NCBI RefSeq assembly: GCF_009834535.1
Contig: NC_045698.1
Coordinates: 9,984,001 to 10,048,000 of the forward strand
DNA from: Camelus ferus
Taxonomy: Eukaryota
Reading direction: 5' to 3'
Length of the DNA stretch: 64,000 nt
This document shows positions 37,438-50,230 of this stretch, in pieces. The notes below the pieces were generated by a model. That model was not told the origin of the DNA. It worked only from the letters and a program-made list of their open reading frames with translations, and ran no database searches. The stretch's first letter is position 1, and each line of letters opens with the position of its first letter. The translations under genes and the position numbers were made by a program.

Positions 37438-39411
37438 GTATCTGCAGCATTGATGATAAATTACTATGGCCACTAAAACCCCTTCCGCATCAGCCTTGGA
37501 TTAGGGGCAATAAACCGCCACTGATGAGGGCTAGGAAAACAATCCCCTGTGGAAAACAGTACTGAGCCCCAACAGTGTCTCGTTCTTACTGCTCTTCCCA
37601 TCGATCTGGGCATGCTCACTTACCACCTTCTAGTTCCAATTTATGTAAAAAAGGCTGCTCACGCAGCTAGGTGAGAGAGCGTAAGTTGCAAAATAGTATT
37701 TACAAGTAAGTGACCCATGTATGCACTGAAAACAAAACATTTACCAAAGGGTGCTGTTTGTCTTACAAAAAGTAAGTTGTGAAAACATTTAGAGAGCATT
37801 ATTCTTTATAATTTTTTCTGAATATATATATATAATTTATAATTATAGATTAATTATATATAACAATGTGTATTTTACTTAACTATATAATTTAAATATA
37901 TGATAATTTACATTTAAATATATAAATATTTATAGATTTATCTTGTGTATATTCATTATGAAAATTTTTTAATAAAGAAAACTAAAATCTTTAACGTCAC
38001 CAGCCAGAGATAAACAGTATCAATATTTTGGTATATGTCCTTTTGTTCTGTTTTCTATACATACTTACATACCTTTTTTTATTTTTACAAAACTGGAGTA
38101 ATATTGCTTTAGTGGCCTACTTTCTTCAATCTTAAAGTGAGCATAATTAATAAGAATATGGTATAAGGCTAATAGCCATGTTTTATACCCTTACAAGGTA
38201 AACTTGATAAATTTATGTAAGATTACATAATATATAGATTTTAAATTAAGATATACAAAAAAGTCATTGGTTTATTGGTATTAGCTATAGCAAAGCCATC
38301 TGTCATTTCAGGGTCTCTATTTTCCCGGGCAGAAAATGGGTAAAAGAATCACTAAAAAGACTAAAATGAGCAAATAAGTATTAGTCTTAATGAAACACAA
38401 AGTAAATGTACTGGAAACTCCATTTATGACATATAAGTTACATGAAAATAAGAACATTAATGAGACTACCACAGCAAGATGCTCAAAAGAATAAAAAAGG
38501 TAATTTCGTGCAGGGTAAGTAACTCCAGAGGGGAGGAAAATGTTGAAGTATTACACACATAAACTATATGCATTGCTTTTAACTAAATAAGTATAAATTT
38601 ACATTTTATTAAATTATGACAGGATGCATATTTTAGTGGTTAGCATAATACATTCCTATGGTAATATAGCTGTAGATAGTGTAAATGAAAACATGCATAA
38701 ATACAACCACTTTTGAAGATAAATGCAAAAAAAAAGTATCTGGGTTTTTTTCACTCCATAATATCCATTGAAGAGAGAGAGAGCAAAGCCAAACGAAGTG
38801 AAAGCTGATTCAAATGCACAGAGTTCTTGCCAGCCGTTTCTCACCTGCTGCGCGCTGAGGCAAATGTAAAAGACACAAGGAAACTGCCCAGTGGGGCTTT
38901 CTCTGCTCACCATCCCTCTCCCGCTCTCCAAGGGAACTAAACATTTGCTTTTGTCCAAACGCAAGGGCTAAAGAGAGCTAGTAACAACCAACAAACTTCA
39001 CACAAAAGCAGCCTCCGCCACACCTGGATATATTTGATGCTCGCTACGGGACAATGGTTCGCTTGGTGCCACGACGCAACGACTAGTGGCCTTTCTTAAG
39101 AAAGATAAAGGGGAAAGGAGGTCCCTGAACCTATGCTTTGGCATTTTACCAGTGCGCTGGTGGACATGGTTGACCACCACCTCCCGAGAAAAACATGCAA
39201 AACTCAAAAACCAGCGACTCTAGCCCCACAGGTTCATGAAGGCGCTTTCAGTCCCCACGCCCTGAGGTTGAAGCCGGGAACAGAAGCCGGCCCCTTCCCG
39301 CCAGAGCGGGGCCCCGCGGAGCCCAGAGCTCGGGGCAGCTCGCAGGCCGCGCATGCGCCGCGGCGGGGCGCGCCAGGCGTGGGAGCCGCGCGGACCGAGC
39401 ACGTACAGTAC

Positions 39412-39423
39412 CGGCTTGTCCAT
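39412..39423 (-). CDS. Candidate first coding exon segment (M-D-K-P) of an unidentified gene
   Basis: Strong Kozak GCCATGG just downstream of the promoter elements, followed by a weak donor CCG/GTACTG; no homology recognised. Confidence 0.25.
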
Positions 39424-39583
39424 GGCGCTGCGCTCCGGAGCTCCGCGGGACATGCCACCGGTGGGGGCCGGCCGGCCGGTCCTGGGCCCCGCCGGCGACG
39501 CCACCGTCCCGGACCGCGCTGCTCCCCTGCGTCTGCTCCGGCCGCTCCCCGCCCGACCAATCCGGCTGTTTGCGGCTCACGCG

Positions 39584-39597
39584 GTTGCCATGGCGAC
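39584..39597. promoter_or_regulatory. RFX X-box
   Basis: GTTGCCATGGCGAC, 13/14 match to the palindromic GTTGCCATGGCAAC. Confidence 0.8.
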
Positions 39598-40169
39598 GAG
39601 CTTCGCTCCGCCTGGACCAGGCTCCCTCCGCCGGCTCACGGCACTCCAGTGCCTCCCCGCGTCCGCGCGCCCGAGCCGCTTACGTCGGAGCCGGCTCCCG
39701 GAGAGCGGAGAGCTTTCGGCTGCCGAGCTGCAGATGGTATTTCTTGGCTGTTTTCCATCAAGTTTCTGCTGGCTCTCAGCTAAATGTTACTTCTAGCATC
39801 AGCCAAGTCCACTTATTTGGAATTTCTTTGAGGAATATTATGTTTCTAGCTTCAGGAGAAAAAAATATTCAAAATGAGATTTAGAATATTTAATTTGCAC
39901 ATCTTCCCACAGTCTTGACTCACACTTTGGTTCCTCTCATTGCTTCCTCGTCAGATACCTTCAGAGCAGAACTTCCTGGAAGTGTCTAGCCTAGAGTTTT
40001 AACCCGGAGGTGACGAAGATAATGTCCTAAATGCTGTCCGCCTGTCAGAACAGTAACTGCATTGGCATGTGTGAAGTTCCCAGGAACTTTGCCCTAAAAA
40101 AATTTACAAAGGAAAATATAAATATTTCATGTCTGCGAATTGTCCTCCCTCATTGGGACTAGGACTACC

Positions 40170-40472
40170 TGTTAGAATTATAATATTTGCCACGTGTCAG
40201 CTTATAGCTTCTAGAAGCCACATTTTAAAACGTGAAAAGAAACGGGTGAAATTAATTTTAATATTGTTTCATTTAACACAATAGATCCAAAGTATTTTTG
40301 ATTTATTATCAATATAAATATTATTCGTGAGATAGTTTACATTTTTTATTGTACTATATCCTCAAATTTGTATGCATATTTTACAGGAACAGCACATTCG
40401 AAATCAGACCAGCCGCATTTCAAAAGCTTAATAGTTCATATGGCTGGTGGCTACTGTATAAAACAGTTCAGA
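40170..40472. mobile_element. MER33-like hAT-Charlie element
   Basis: ttctagaagccacattttaaaa...ggtgaaattaattttaata...tatggctggtggctactgta. Confidence 0.75.
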
Positions 40473-40724
40473 TTTACTGGACTGTAAGCGCTAGGAAGAC
40501 TAGCTCCAAATCTCCATGGGAAGAAGATTGCATCTGTTCATAAGGGGTACTAAATACATGTGTAACATGGTTCTGGCTGATGAACCATAAATGGCAGTCT
40601 ACTGGAACTCCTGGGAATGCCTTTACTTTCTTCATGAAAAAGACAGATTCAGCTGTCCCCTTCACATTTTCTTACAGCTGGAATGTGACCATGATGGAGC
40701 TGTTGTAAGCAACTATATTATGAC

Positions 40725-41080
40725 TGTCTTAGTCAGCTGGCTTTACTGTAAAGAAGTATCGTAGCCTGAGTGGCTTGTAAACAAGATAAATTTATTTCTC
40801 ATAGTTCCGGGGGCCGGAAGTCTGAAATCAGGGTGCCAGCATGGTCTGGTTCTGGTGAGAGCTCTCTTCCAGGTTAAGGTGCTGACTTTTCATTGTATCC
40901 TCACATGTTAGAAACAGAGCCAGCTAACTCCCTAGCCTCTTATAAGGGCCCTAACCCCATTTATGAGGGCTTCACCTTCATGACCTAATTACTTCCTAAA
41001 AGCCCCACCTTTTAATAGTATTATATTGGGATTAGGGTCTCAACAAATTTGGGGAAACACAAATATTCAGTCCATTGTGA
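40725..41080 (-). mobile_element. MLT1A-like MaLR LTR nested in an older LTR (~40570-41270)
   Basis: tgtcttagtc...aatttatttctcatagttcc...catgacctaattacttcctaaagccccacct...acacaaatattcagtccat. Confidence 0.78.
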
Positions 41081-42837
41081 TGACCATGAGGGGAAATCCC
41101 GTTGAATTACAAGAATGATAGCTTTAATGTCTTTGAGTCTGAACTAACAATAGCAACTGCCACTTCCAAACCACTTGTTAGGTAGGAAATTAAACCTCTA
41201 TTTTTTTAAAGCTTTGTACATGATGTTTTCTGTTCCCTGCAACTGAAAGCAGTCCTCAGCGATATGGCAGCTGCCAACCATTTGATTTTTTATGGGTCAA
41301 TTTTATTTTGCGAATATGAGTTATAAATTGGATAGTCTCAAACTAAAGGTAACTTTCACTGCTGTCCCAACCAAAGAAGAATAAATAAAGAAAGGGTCAA
41401 ATAATTGGTGAATAAAAGCTCTAGCCGGTTTTGTTCAAATCCACTCAAGTACAGAGGCCAGGTGAGTGGCATCTGTTCTACTCCATGACTGCCACCATCT
41501 CCCTTGGTATCCAAAACCCCACTCTCTTTTGCAGGCAGGGGCTAAGAGAGTTTACAAATGCCCTTGGATGCTGAAGCAGGGATGTCCTCCCCATTTGGTA
41601 AGATGAGCCAAGTAAAGCCTCCAGGCACAGGTGGGTATCAGTCCTGTTGGAAGTTGAGTACATGCCCTGAGGTCAGCCATCCCTGGAATGCTTTTGCCTC
41701 GTGGTAATGAAAAGGGCTCCATAGGCACCATTCAGAGATGCTCCTTTAAGGATCCATGGGTGTTGGCCAAGCCACTCTGTGCAGATGCCCTTTTTCCTTC
41801 TGGTCCTCCATGGTCCACAAGGCCCAAGGTCACTATCCTCAGGTGTCCTTCAACCACCTGGCTACTCCTCCTTCTCCTCCCAGTCTCGCCCACTCTGCTT
41901 CCCTGCAGGTCATAGCCAGGTGCTCCAGCATTACTACTCCAAGGAGTCTAGGCTGCTACGGTCATGCTGGCTTCCACAGAGGGGTGGTGCCAGAAGGCAC
42001 CAGAGTAGACATTTGTCCTCTTTGACCCGCACCCAAATCCACCCCCACCCCCACCACACTCCCCCCGTCCCCGTACTTGGAGAATTTCACACCAAGCAGA
42101 GCTCTCCTTCCCCTACAGAAACCAAAAGTACCAAATATTCTCCCCACCTGCTTACCGCTAGGGCATCAGCATGTGACCCAGGCATGACCAATCAAATTGT
42201 GCCAGCCTTGGACTTCAGCCAGGAGCTGGGGAGCCAAAATCATGGGACAGCTGAGAATGCATTCTGGCAGAGGGTGGCTGCAACAACACTGATTGAATTT
42301 CCAAGGCAGTTGTTGCAGTGGTAGCCCCCTATGCAGTGCACCCCTCAGTCAATCAGCAAGGTAGCAACATCCTCAACAGGCTGGTTTTGTGGCAGGGTGT
42401 CTGATCAGTTTCTGGTTACTGCCAAAAGATCATCCTGGCCATTTTCCAAGCCCTACTGTCTAACTTTCTCAGCTATTCTGAGCTGCCCAGTTGTCTTTTT
42501 TTGCTTCAATCCATTGTAGTAAATTTCTGTTACTTGCAATTGAGAACCAGGATTTTGACAGCCACACGTTCAATACTGTCCCATCCTCTTAGTCTCCTTA
42601 ACAACATTAACTTGAGGCTGTTGTGTGTGTAATGAACTTGATTAAAGTTGGGAAATACTAACAAATGGAGGAATTACAGAAGGAAGGAAGGAGAGATTTA
42701 AAGCAGCATAGAAAATGTAACCTTCTCGGATTTGGGTGGCAAATGTTGAAGAGTTCAGCTCTTCAATGGGAGTTTCTTCACAGGGCAAAGGGGAACAGTT
42801 CGCAAGTTCCTAGCCCTCTTTACCGATTTCAGAGGTG

Positions 42838-43118
42838 AAGCAGTCAGGGTTCTACCAGAGAAAATGAACCAGCAGAATGTGTACATATAGGAACACTTGC
42901 ACACACACAGGCACACACATACACAGGCAAACTATATAAATTATACATATTTCAAGGAATTGGCTTTTCACAATTGTGGGGGCTGGCAGGCCTAAAATCC
43001 TTAGGGTAGGCTGTCAGAAAGATCAGGTTGGAAACACCTGGGCAGGGTCTGAAGCCGCAGCCCACAGGCAGGATTTCTTGTTCCTCAGGGAAACTTCATC
43101 TTTGCTCTTAAGACCTTT
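42838..43118 (-). mobile_element. MLT2 (ERVL) LTR fragment
   Basis: agtcagggttctaccagagaaa...aaggaattggct...tttgctcttaagaccttt. Confidence 0.7.
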
Positions 43119-45707
43119 CCGCAATGAGCAGTCACGTGACAGCAATCAGCTACCAAACAAATGTAAGAGCTATATTTTGCAGTACACTATTTGCAAAATG
43201 TTGTTGATACAAATACTTTGATAATTAAAACTTAAACTTTCCACTAAAAATAAAATCTTATAACATGGAAAGCTAAACACACCGGATAAATGCTTTTTTT
43301 ATCCAGGAAAATATAAAATTGCCAGAAGTATTAAACTAAAATGGTACAGACTGAGAAAAGAAACAGAAAAGAATTTTCCATTGTACTTGATATTTGTAGA
43401 ATAATTGTTTACCAAACTATTTCAATCTAAAGTATTACCCACAAAAACAGTATACAGATCTCAATATCTAATAGTAAAATTTAACAAGTGGGGTGTGCAA
43501 TTACAATAACTGTTAAATGCCAGCATGAAATGTATATAATAAAACTACATTTATTTTTTGCCAAGGTGCAATGCTCTAATAAAATACCGCTTTATAAAAG
43601 GATTTACATTTTAATCAAAACAATATTTTCCACCTATATCTGAGGATAGCCAATTCGTTACTTAAATGTTTGAAAAAAATTAATGATGAAAAATAAAAAT
43701 GGTATAAATGCATAAGAGTTCCTTGTTATTTAAATTGCCTTTACATTCTATATTTTAGTTTGGGCCTTTGGGTAGGACCTCCGATTATCAAAAACAAACG
43801 AAATAATCTATCAAAGAAACATCTGCTTTCTGGCACTTGGATGGCCTTACCAATAATTTTTAATATTGATGTGTTAAAGTAATTTCTTAGACAAATTGAA
43901 AGGAGCATGTATCAAGATTTTATTTCAAATTTTCCACAAGAGCAGAGCCAGCCAATTCAAAGATGTCCCTTCTGTTAGAGATAGTCATAAGAAAAAAAAA
44001 GAAGTGGCTGTTAAGAAATATTTTCCAAAACTTAGAAACAAGGAAGAAAGAAGCCTGTGTGACTTTTCAGTCTTACAGTGAAAAATCATTTAATAACTGG
44101 CCCACCCAAGGATTACTTAATTCTTCAGAAGAATGCACCTGTGTCTGAATTATTACCATGAATTAGGGTCCAGACTCTGAAGTTATAGGTTAACTGGTAG
44201 ATTTCTGTCCTGTAAAAATGAAATGATTTCTGAAGTATACAATAAACCACCTTTTATGGAAAAAAAATGAAATGACTTCTATCTGGGAGAAAATATAATC
44301 ACAGGAGTTCCCATTTCAAGGTTATGTAGGATATTAGTTTACATTCCATTGATGATACTCAGTATTTCCCATAAATTTGAAACTAGCTGCATCTCTCATT
44401 AATGAGTTAAATAAATCTTTGACATATGCTGTTTTGTATTTATAGAAGAATCATGCTTTTAGAAGTTTTGAGTTATACTTCCATATGACACAATATAAAA
44501 TATGCGTGGTGGCCTCGGACTCGTACAAAGGCAGATGGTCAGTTGGGTGGGTAAGGAGGCACATAACTTTCCAAAAGGGTAGCTTAACCTCCTTAAAGTC
44601 TATCAGAAAATTGCTCAGAAATGCTAATTATTTCCCAGGAGTTATAAACTATGTCAGCAAAAAAAAAAAAAAAATGTATATACCAGACCTTGTTTGGGAC
44701 CGTTTTCCTTCTCAGTTGCCATTTTTAATTGGGAAAACATTATATATATCGTCTACCATCAATTGACAGAAAAAGCCATAGAATTACACTGTTTCACAGG
44801 ATTATGCTGAGGGAGGAATATCAGGAAGAAAAATGCTGAAGAATTCTTAGAATTGGGCACCTAAAAAATTTCTCCTGCCAATAAAGAGGAGGCTTTATCA
44901 CGTGACTGTCACATACTCCCAGCCTATCTGCTCCTTTCTGAAAGCGCAGGCCAGAAAGGGAGAGTGAATTTTCAAAATATCTCATCTTTGTCAAGTTTTT
45001 TGTTGAAAAGTAGGAGAAACCCACTCACATGGGTTTAAGCAAAGAGGAAGAGGGTTGAGGAGGCTACGGGGGTGTCTCAGTAGCCCGAGGCAAGATGGAA
45101 GCAACCAGCAGGTAACTGCATCTCGTCAGTGGGACCTGCTCCCTAACTCCTCCCTCTCTCTAAATAGCTCTCCCTAAAGAGCTTTGCCTCTCCATGCACA
45201 CGGCAGGAGGTTGCTGTCCCGTGACACCCTGGTTTACACGTCCTTAGTTCAGGTACCCAGCAGAGACAGACAGACAAGCATGTCTTAACCCCAATTCCTG
45301 GAGCGGGGATCTTAGGTCCAGCGCTCACCTGGTCCAGTCAGCTCCGGTCAGTGGAGCCAACAAGACCTGGAGAGCCATCCTGCTGAAGGAAGGAAGGGTG
45401 TGGGAAAAGCAGGCACCCAGTAGGGGTCCGCCACAATCCAAGAGCATCCTCTCCAAGTGTGTGAAGGCTTTCTTCTCACTTTTCCAACATCCCCCTCACA
45501 CCATAGCATTCCATTTATTTCTTAATTTATTCAGCAATCAAACACATTGGAAATCCTGGCCATGTGCCAGGAGCTGTACTAGGGGGAAGAAAAGAAAACA
45601 CAGTCCCTGCCCCCCACTTTTTTTTTTTTTTACTGTCAAATGAAAGTCCATTACACTTCTTGAACAAATAAAGACATTTCAGTTCAAGAAATATGTCAAT
45701 TCTCCTT

Positions 45708-46453
45708 GAAAAGGGAACCCTCCTACACTGCTGGTGGGAATGCAGTTTGGTGCAGCCACTGTGGAAAACAGTATGGAGATTCCTCGAAACACTAGGAATA
45801 GACTTACCATATGACCCAGTCATCCCACTCCTGGGCATATATCCAGAAGGAACCCTACTTCAAAAAGACACCTGCACCCCAATATTCATAGCAGCACTAT
45901 TTACAATAGCCAAGACATGAAAACAGCCTAAATGTCCATCAACAGATGACTGGATAAAGAAGAAGTGGTGTATTTGTACAATGAAATACTATTCAGGCAT
46001 AAAAAATGACAACATAACACCATTTGCAGCAACATTGATGTTTCTGGAGAATGTCATTCTAAGTGAAGTAAGCCAGAAAGAGAAAGAAAAATACCATATG
46101 AGATAGCTCATATGTGGAATCTTAAAAAAAAATAATAAATACAAAACAGAAACAGACTCATAGACATACATAGAATACAAACCTGTGGTTGCCAAGGGGG
46201 AGGGGGGTGGGAAGGGATACACTGGGAGTTCAAAATTTGTAGATACTGACAGGCATATGCAGAATAGATAAACAAGATTATACTGTGTAACACAGGGAAA
46301 TATACAGAAGATCTTGTGGTAGCTCACAGCGAAAAAAAAGTGACAATTAATATATGTATGTTCATGTATAACTGAAAAATTGTGTTCTACGCTAGAATTT
46401 GACACAACATTGTAAAATGACTATAATTCAATAAAAAATGTTTAAAAACAAAA
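45708..46453 (+). mobile_element. Young 5'-truncated L1 with 22-bp TSD
   Basis: TSD aagaaat(a/g)tgtcaattctcctt at 45686-45707 and 46454-46475; ORF2 tail [25 protein letters not shown]. Confidence 0.95.
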
Positions 46454-47281
46454 AAGAAATGTGTCAATTCTCCTTAATGACCAAACATACTAAAACCAGA
46501 TTTCTCTCAAACCAGTTCCTTATTTGACCCATCGGCCACTGCTGACTCTGCAGACTGACTCACAGTCAGGCTACCATCATCTTCACTATCCCAGTGCTCT
46601 TAGATCAAGATAATCAAGGTCCGTCTGGATAGAAAAACTTTTGTTTAAAGTAATTTAAGTACAAAATTGAACCTTAAGAGACTTAAGCAGTATGTAAAGA
46701 CTTAAGGAAAATTAATATTTGACTTCAATGTAATTTTTTTAAATTAAATGAATCTCGTTTTATGCCACTTGTCATTCCCAGTATTGAGACCACCACTGTG
46801 CATTCTTCTGAGCTTTGCTCACTGGGGCGAGAATGATGTGGTAAGATTTTGGGGAATCCCTGTTCCCTCTAAGGTGACCCAACACATCCACCCTGTTTGG
46901 TAAACATAGGGGTAGACCACCTCAAGACTCTAAAATTTCAAAGGCTCATAATTCAGACTCCACAAAACTGGACGTTTGTGAATAACAGATAAGGGCAGGG
47001 CTCATGTGTCTTTTCATTATTTGTAAAGAAAGGATTTGCTGAATAAATGAATGGTGTACACAAACTTTATCTAAGGGGAAGATAAAGTGTTTTGAATCCT
47101 TCTGTAAGTAATTTTCAAATATTTGTAAGCGCTCCAGGAAAGTACATATTCATAAATCATTGATACATTCATTGGAAAGCATTCTTATAGAGCCATCAAA
47201 TCTGATTCCCTCAGGATTCCTGCTAGGCAATACTTTGCTCTCCTGGCCTAATTGCTGTGTGTACTTAAAAGTAATAAACAT

Positions 47282-47780
47282 TGTACTGATGGCCCTCAGG
47301 TTAGGCTGCCCCAAAGTGGCATATCAATTATTTTGAATTAAAGTTACTTGAGAAACAGCTGGTGCAAGAAGGACACACTGACCCTCATCTCTGTCCTCCT
47401 GGAAGCAGGAAGTGAATTTCCCACGTGAAAGGTACCCTCCCAGCTCCAGGAAGTAGGGAGACGTCCTTATCATCAGAGATGGGCAATTCAGGGCCGAGAA
47501 GGCTGTGTAAACAAATTCTACTTAATTTCTTCACTAATAAGTACCCAAACCTGAGTTTCTTTGTCTTGACAGCACTTCACAAATTTATTGTTTCTTTGTT
47601 TAAAAAGTACAAAAGCTGCCTGCTTTGGTCGTTTCTTTGGGTGCTGAGCTATGAGACCTCCGTACGTAAGTGATTAAATTTGTTTTTTGTTTTTTTTTCT
47701 CTCCTGTTATTCTGTCTTGTGTCAATTTAATTATTGGGCCACCCAAAAGAACCAAAAGGGGTAGGGAGAAATTTTGTACA
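47282..47780 (+). mobile_element. MER34-like ERV1 solo LTR
   Basis: tgta...taca termini; tattttgaattaaag and tctcctgttattctgtcttgtgtcaatttaatt recalled MER34-group motifs. Confidence 0.65.
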
Positions 47781-47797
47781 AGATCTCTCAAAAGCAA

Positions 47798-48213
47798 CAT
47801 GGATGCTCCTGGAGAATGTCATTCTAAGTGAAGTAAGCCAGAAAGAGAAAGAAAAATACCATATGAGATCACTCATATGTGGAATCTAAAACAAAACAAA
47901 ACAAAACAAAACAAACAACAAAAAAAAGCATAAATACAGAACAGAAATAGACTCATAGACAGAATACAGACTTGTGGTTGCCAAGGCGGTGGGGGGTGGG
48001 AAGATATAGACTGGGATTTCAAAATTGTAGAATAGATAGACAAGATTATACTGTATAGCACAGGGAAATATATACAAGATCTTATGGTAGCTCACAGAGA
48101 AAGGAATGTGACAATGAATATATATATGTTCATGTATAATTGAAAGATTGTGCTCTACACTGGAATTTGACACAATATTGTAAAATGATTATAACTCAAT
48201 AAAAAATGAATAA
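47798..48213 (+). mobile_element. Young 5'-truncated L1
   Basis: Highly similar to 46030-46450; short TSD aaaagcaa; internal (AAAAC)n. Confidence 0.9.
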
Positions 48214-49460
48214 AAAAGCAATTTAAATGAATAAATGTTTCAATAGAAATTCTTTAAGTGACAGGAACCAGCAAAAAATATAATAAAATACTTCTCTCTT
48301 GTGTTATCTCCTACCTTAATTTTAGAGCAGATTTGAGAAAGTTAAACTTGAGCAACCAAGACCTTGTTTAAGCCTCTAGGAGGCTCAAGAACGCCGGTGA
48401 CAATCTCACTTTAAGCAGCTAAAAGGAGAAACAGGCCATGCAAACACTAAGTAATATGCTCAACTCCACTCCATTCTCATCTAACCACATCTTTCCTTGG
48501 TAGTGTTCCAAGAAGGTGGCTAAAATATTTTATTTTCTATTTATTTAACCTTATTTATTTTATTTTTATTCTTTGGTGTCATAAGTACAACCGCCTGTCA
48601 GATGAAGCCAATACTGAGGAAAATTCATTGCCAGAGAGTGAACATGCCATGTTCTTTTTAGACTTCAGTTTTCCAAAATGTTCATTGACATTCCTCTAAA
48701 TCATTGCAGAAGTGGTTGTGTATATCTTACAACATGAATCATAAATAGTGAGAGTCAAAATCCTGGGAAAGCTGTAGACCTGGTTCAAGTTAAAGGCAGG
48801 ATCCTCTATTCTTAGACTCGTAATAGACATGCAGTGGTTACATTACTCTTTCCAAAACTATCATTAAATAGATTTCTGAAGAGTTGTTGCTTCTGAGAAG
48901 AGTGTTTTGGTGTCCACCAATAGCAAGTTCATTAATACCGAAGGGCACGTGTCCTTTAAACTGTGGCAATACTTATTTCCCAAATTCCATGGGCCGAAGT
49001 TACTAGAAAGTGTATCCTGGGTTCTCAATTTACTACAACATTGTTGCCGTCTGCTTAAAAGGCTGTGCCACGAGAGGGAATGTAATGAGGAGGGTTAATG
49101 TTCCAGCTACTTTGAGTGTGCATATTTTAACAAGATGTGATTTAAAATTCTGAGAAGCACAGATGGTTGATCAAGTGCAAGAATTGTGATGGATGGAGGA
49201 TCACATATGAATGCTGAGCCCAATTACAAACATCAAATACCACTTGGATTAGCATTCGCTGTAATGTTTTGGTTATCCTCCAACAAGAAGTTAATGGCTG
49301 ATGACACTACAATTCAACAATACATTAATCTATTTTGTGAAAGACTCATCCTCTCCACTTTCCTTCCTTCTTTTGACAGAGTTTAATAGTAAAGGGTGTG
49401 AGAAGTTGAGTAGCATTTCCCACTCATTCTAGAGGAACTTTTCAAGCCCCTCGGTACCAT

Positions 49461-50230
49461 TGTGGTTTAGAATAAGAAATATATGTGTTCTTCATTCCTA
49501 AAGCTCTCGATATGTCCTGTGATGAAAGAGATAAAGTTGTCTTTTGTTATGTTAATGATACGACTTTTGGAAAAGACCTAGGGTGGAGACTGGTTGCCAG
49601 GAGAACTAATCAGGTGATTAGAGGGTTGGAACTTCCAGTCCCACCGCCCTGACCTCCAGGGAGGGGAAAGGGCTAGAAGTTGAGTTCAATAGCCAATGGC
49701 CAATGATTTAATCAACCATGCCTAAGAACCAAAAGCCTCCCTAAAAATCTCAAGAAGACAGGGTTCAGAGAGCTTCTGGTTGGTGAACACATGGAGATGC
49801 CAGGAGAGTGGTGTGCCCAGAAAGAGTATGGAAACTCCTCACCCTTCTCCTATACCTTGCCCCACCCATCTCTTCCATCTGGCTGTTTCTGAGTTATAGC
49901 CTTTTATAATAAGCTGGTAATCTAGTAAGTAAAATGTTTCTGAGTTCTGTGAGTAGTTCTAGCAAATTAATCAAACTCAAGGAAGGGGGTCAATGGAACC
50001 TCCAATCTATAGCTGGTAGTCAATAGCAAAGCTGACAACCTTGACTTTCAATTGGATCTGAGGTGAAGGTAGGTGGTAATCTGGTGGGACTGAGCCCTTA
50101 ACCTGTGGGATCTGTGGCTATTTCCAGGTAAAGAGCGCCAGAATTGAGTTGAATTACAGGACACTAGCTGGTGTCAGAGAACTGCTTGTTGTGGGGGCAA
50201 AACCCACACGTGGGAATTGGAGTCAAAATC
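49461..50230 (+). mobile_element. MER21-like LTR
   Basis: tgattagagggttggaactt...gacctccagggaggggaaagggct...ccaatgatttaatcaaccatgcct...tgagttctgtgagt. Confidence 0.75.

Larger units (their letters stand above)
39245..39730. promoter_or_regulatory. CpG island promoter, probably driving a minus-strand gene
   Basis: Very high GC and CpG density against CpG-poor flanks; NRF1 GCGCATGCGC 39349-39358, GC box 39547-39554, CCAAT 39557-39561, X-box 39584-39597. Confidence 0.9.

Noticed and set aside
39133..39884. Long overlapping ORFs (216, 147, 110, 108, 104 aa) on both strands
   Set aside because: Expected from stop-codon scarcity in a GC-rich CpG island; Pro/Arg/Ala/Gly-rich with no recognisable domain
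41779..42324. 181-aa ORF
   Set aside because: No domain or splice context; region resembles old LTR-derived sequence
45989..48173. Recurrent ORFs starting MSNSSVEHN (also at 11850-12056) suggesting a gene family
   Set aside because: Antisense translations of the same L1 3' UTR
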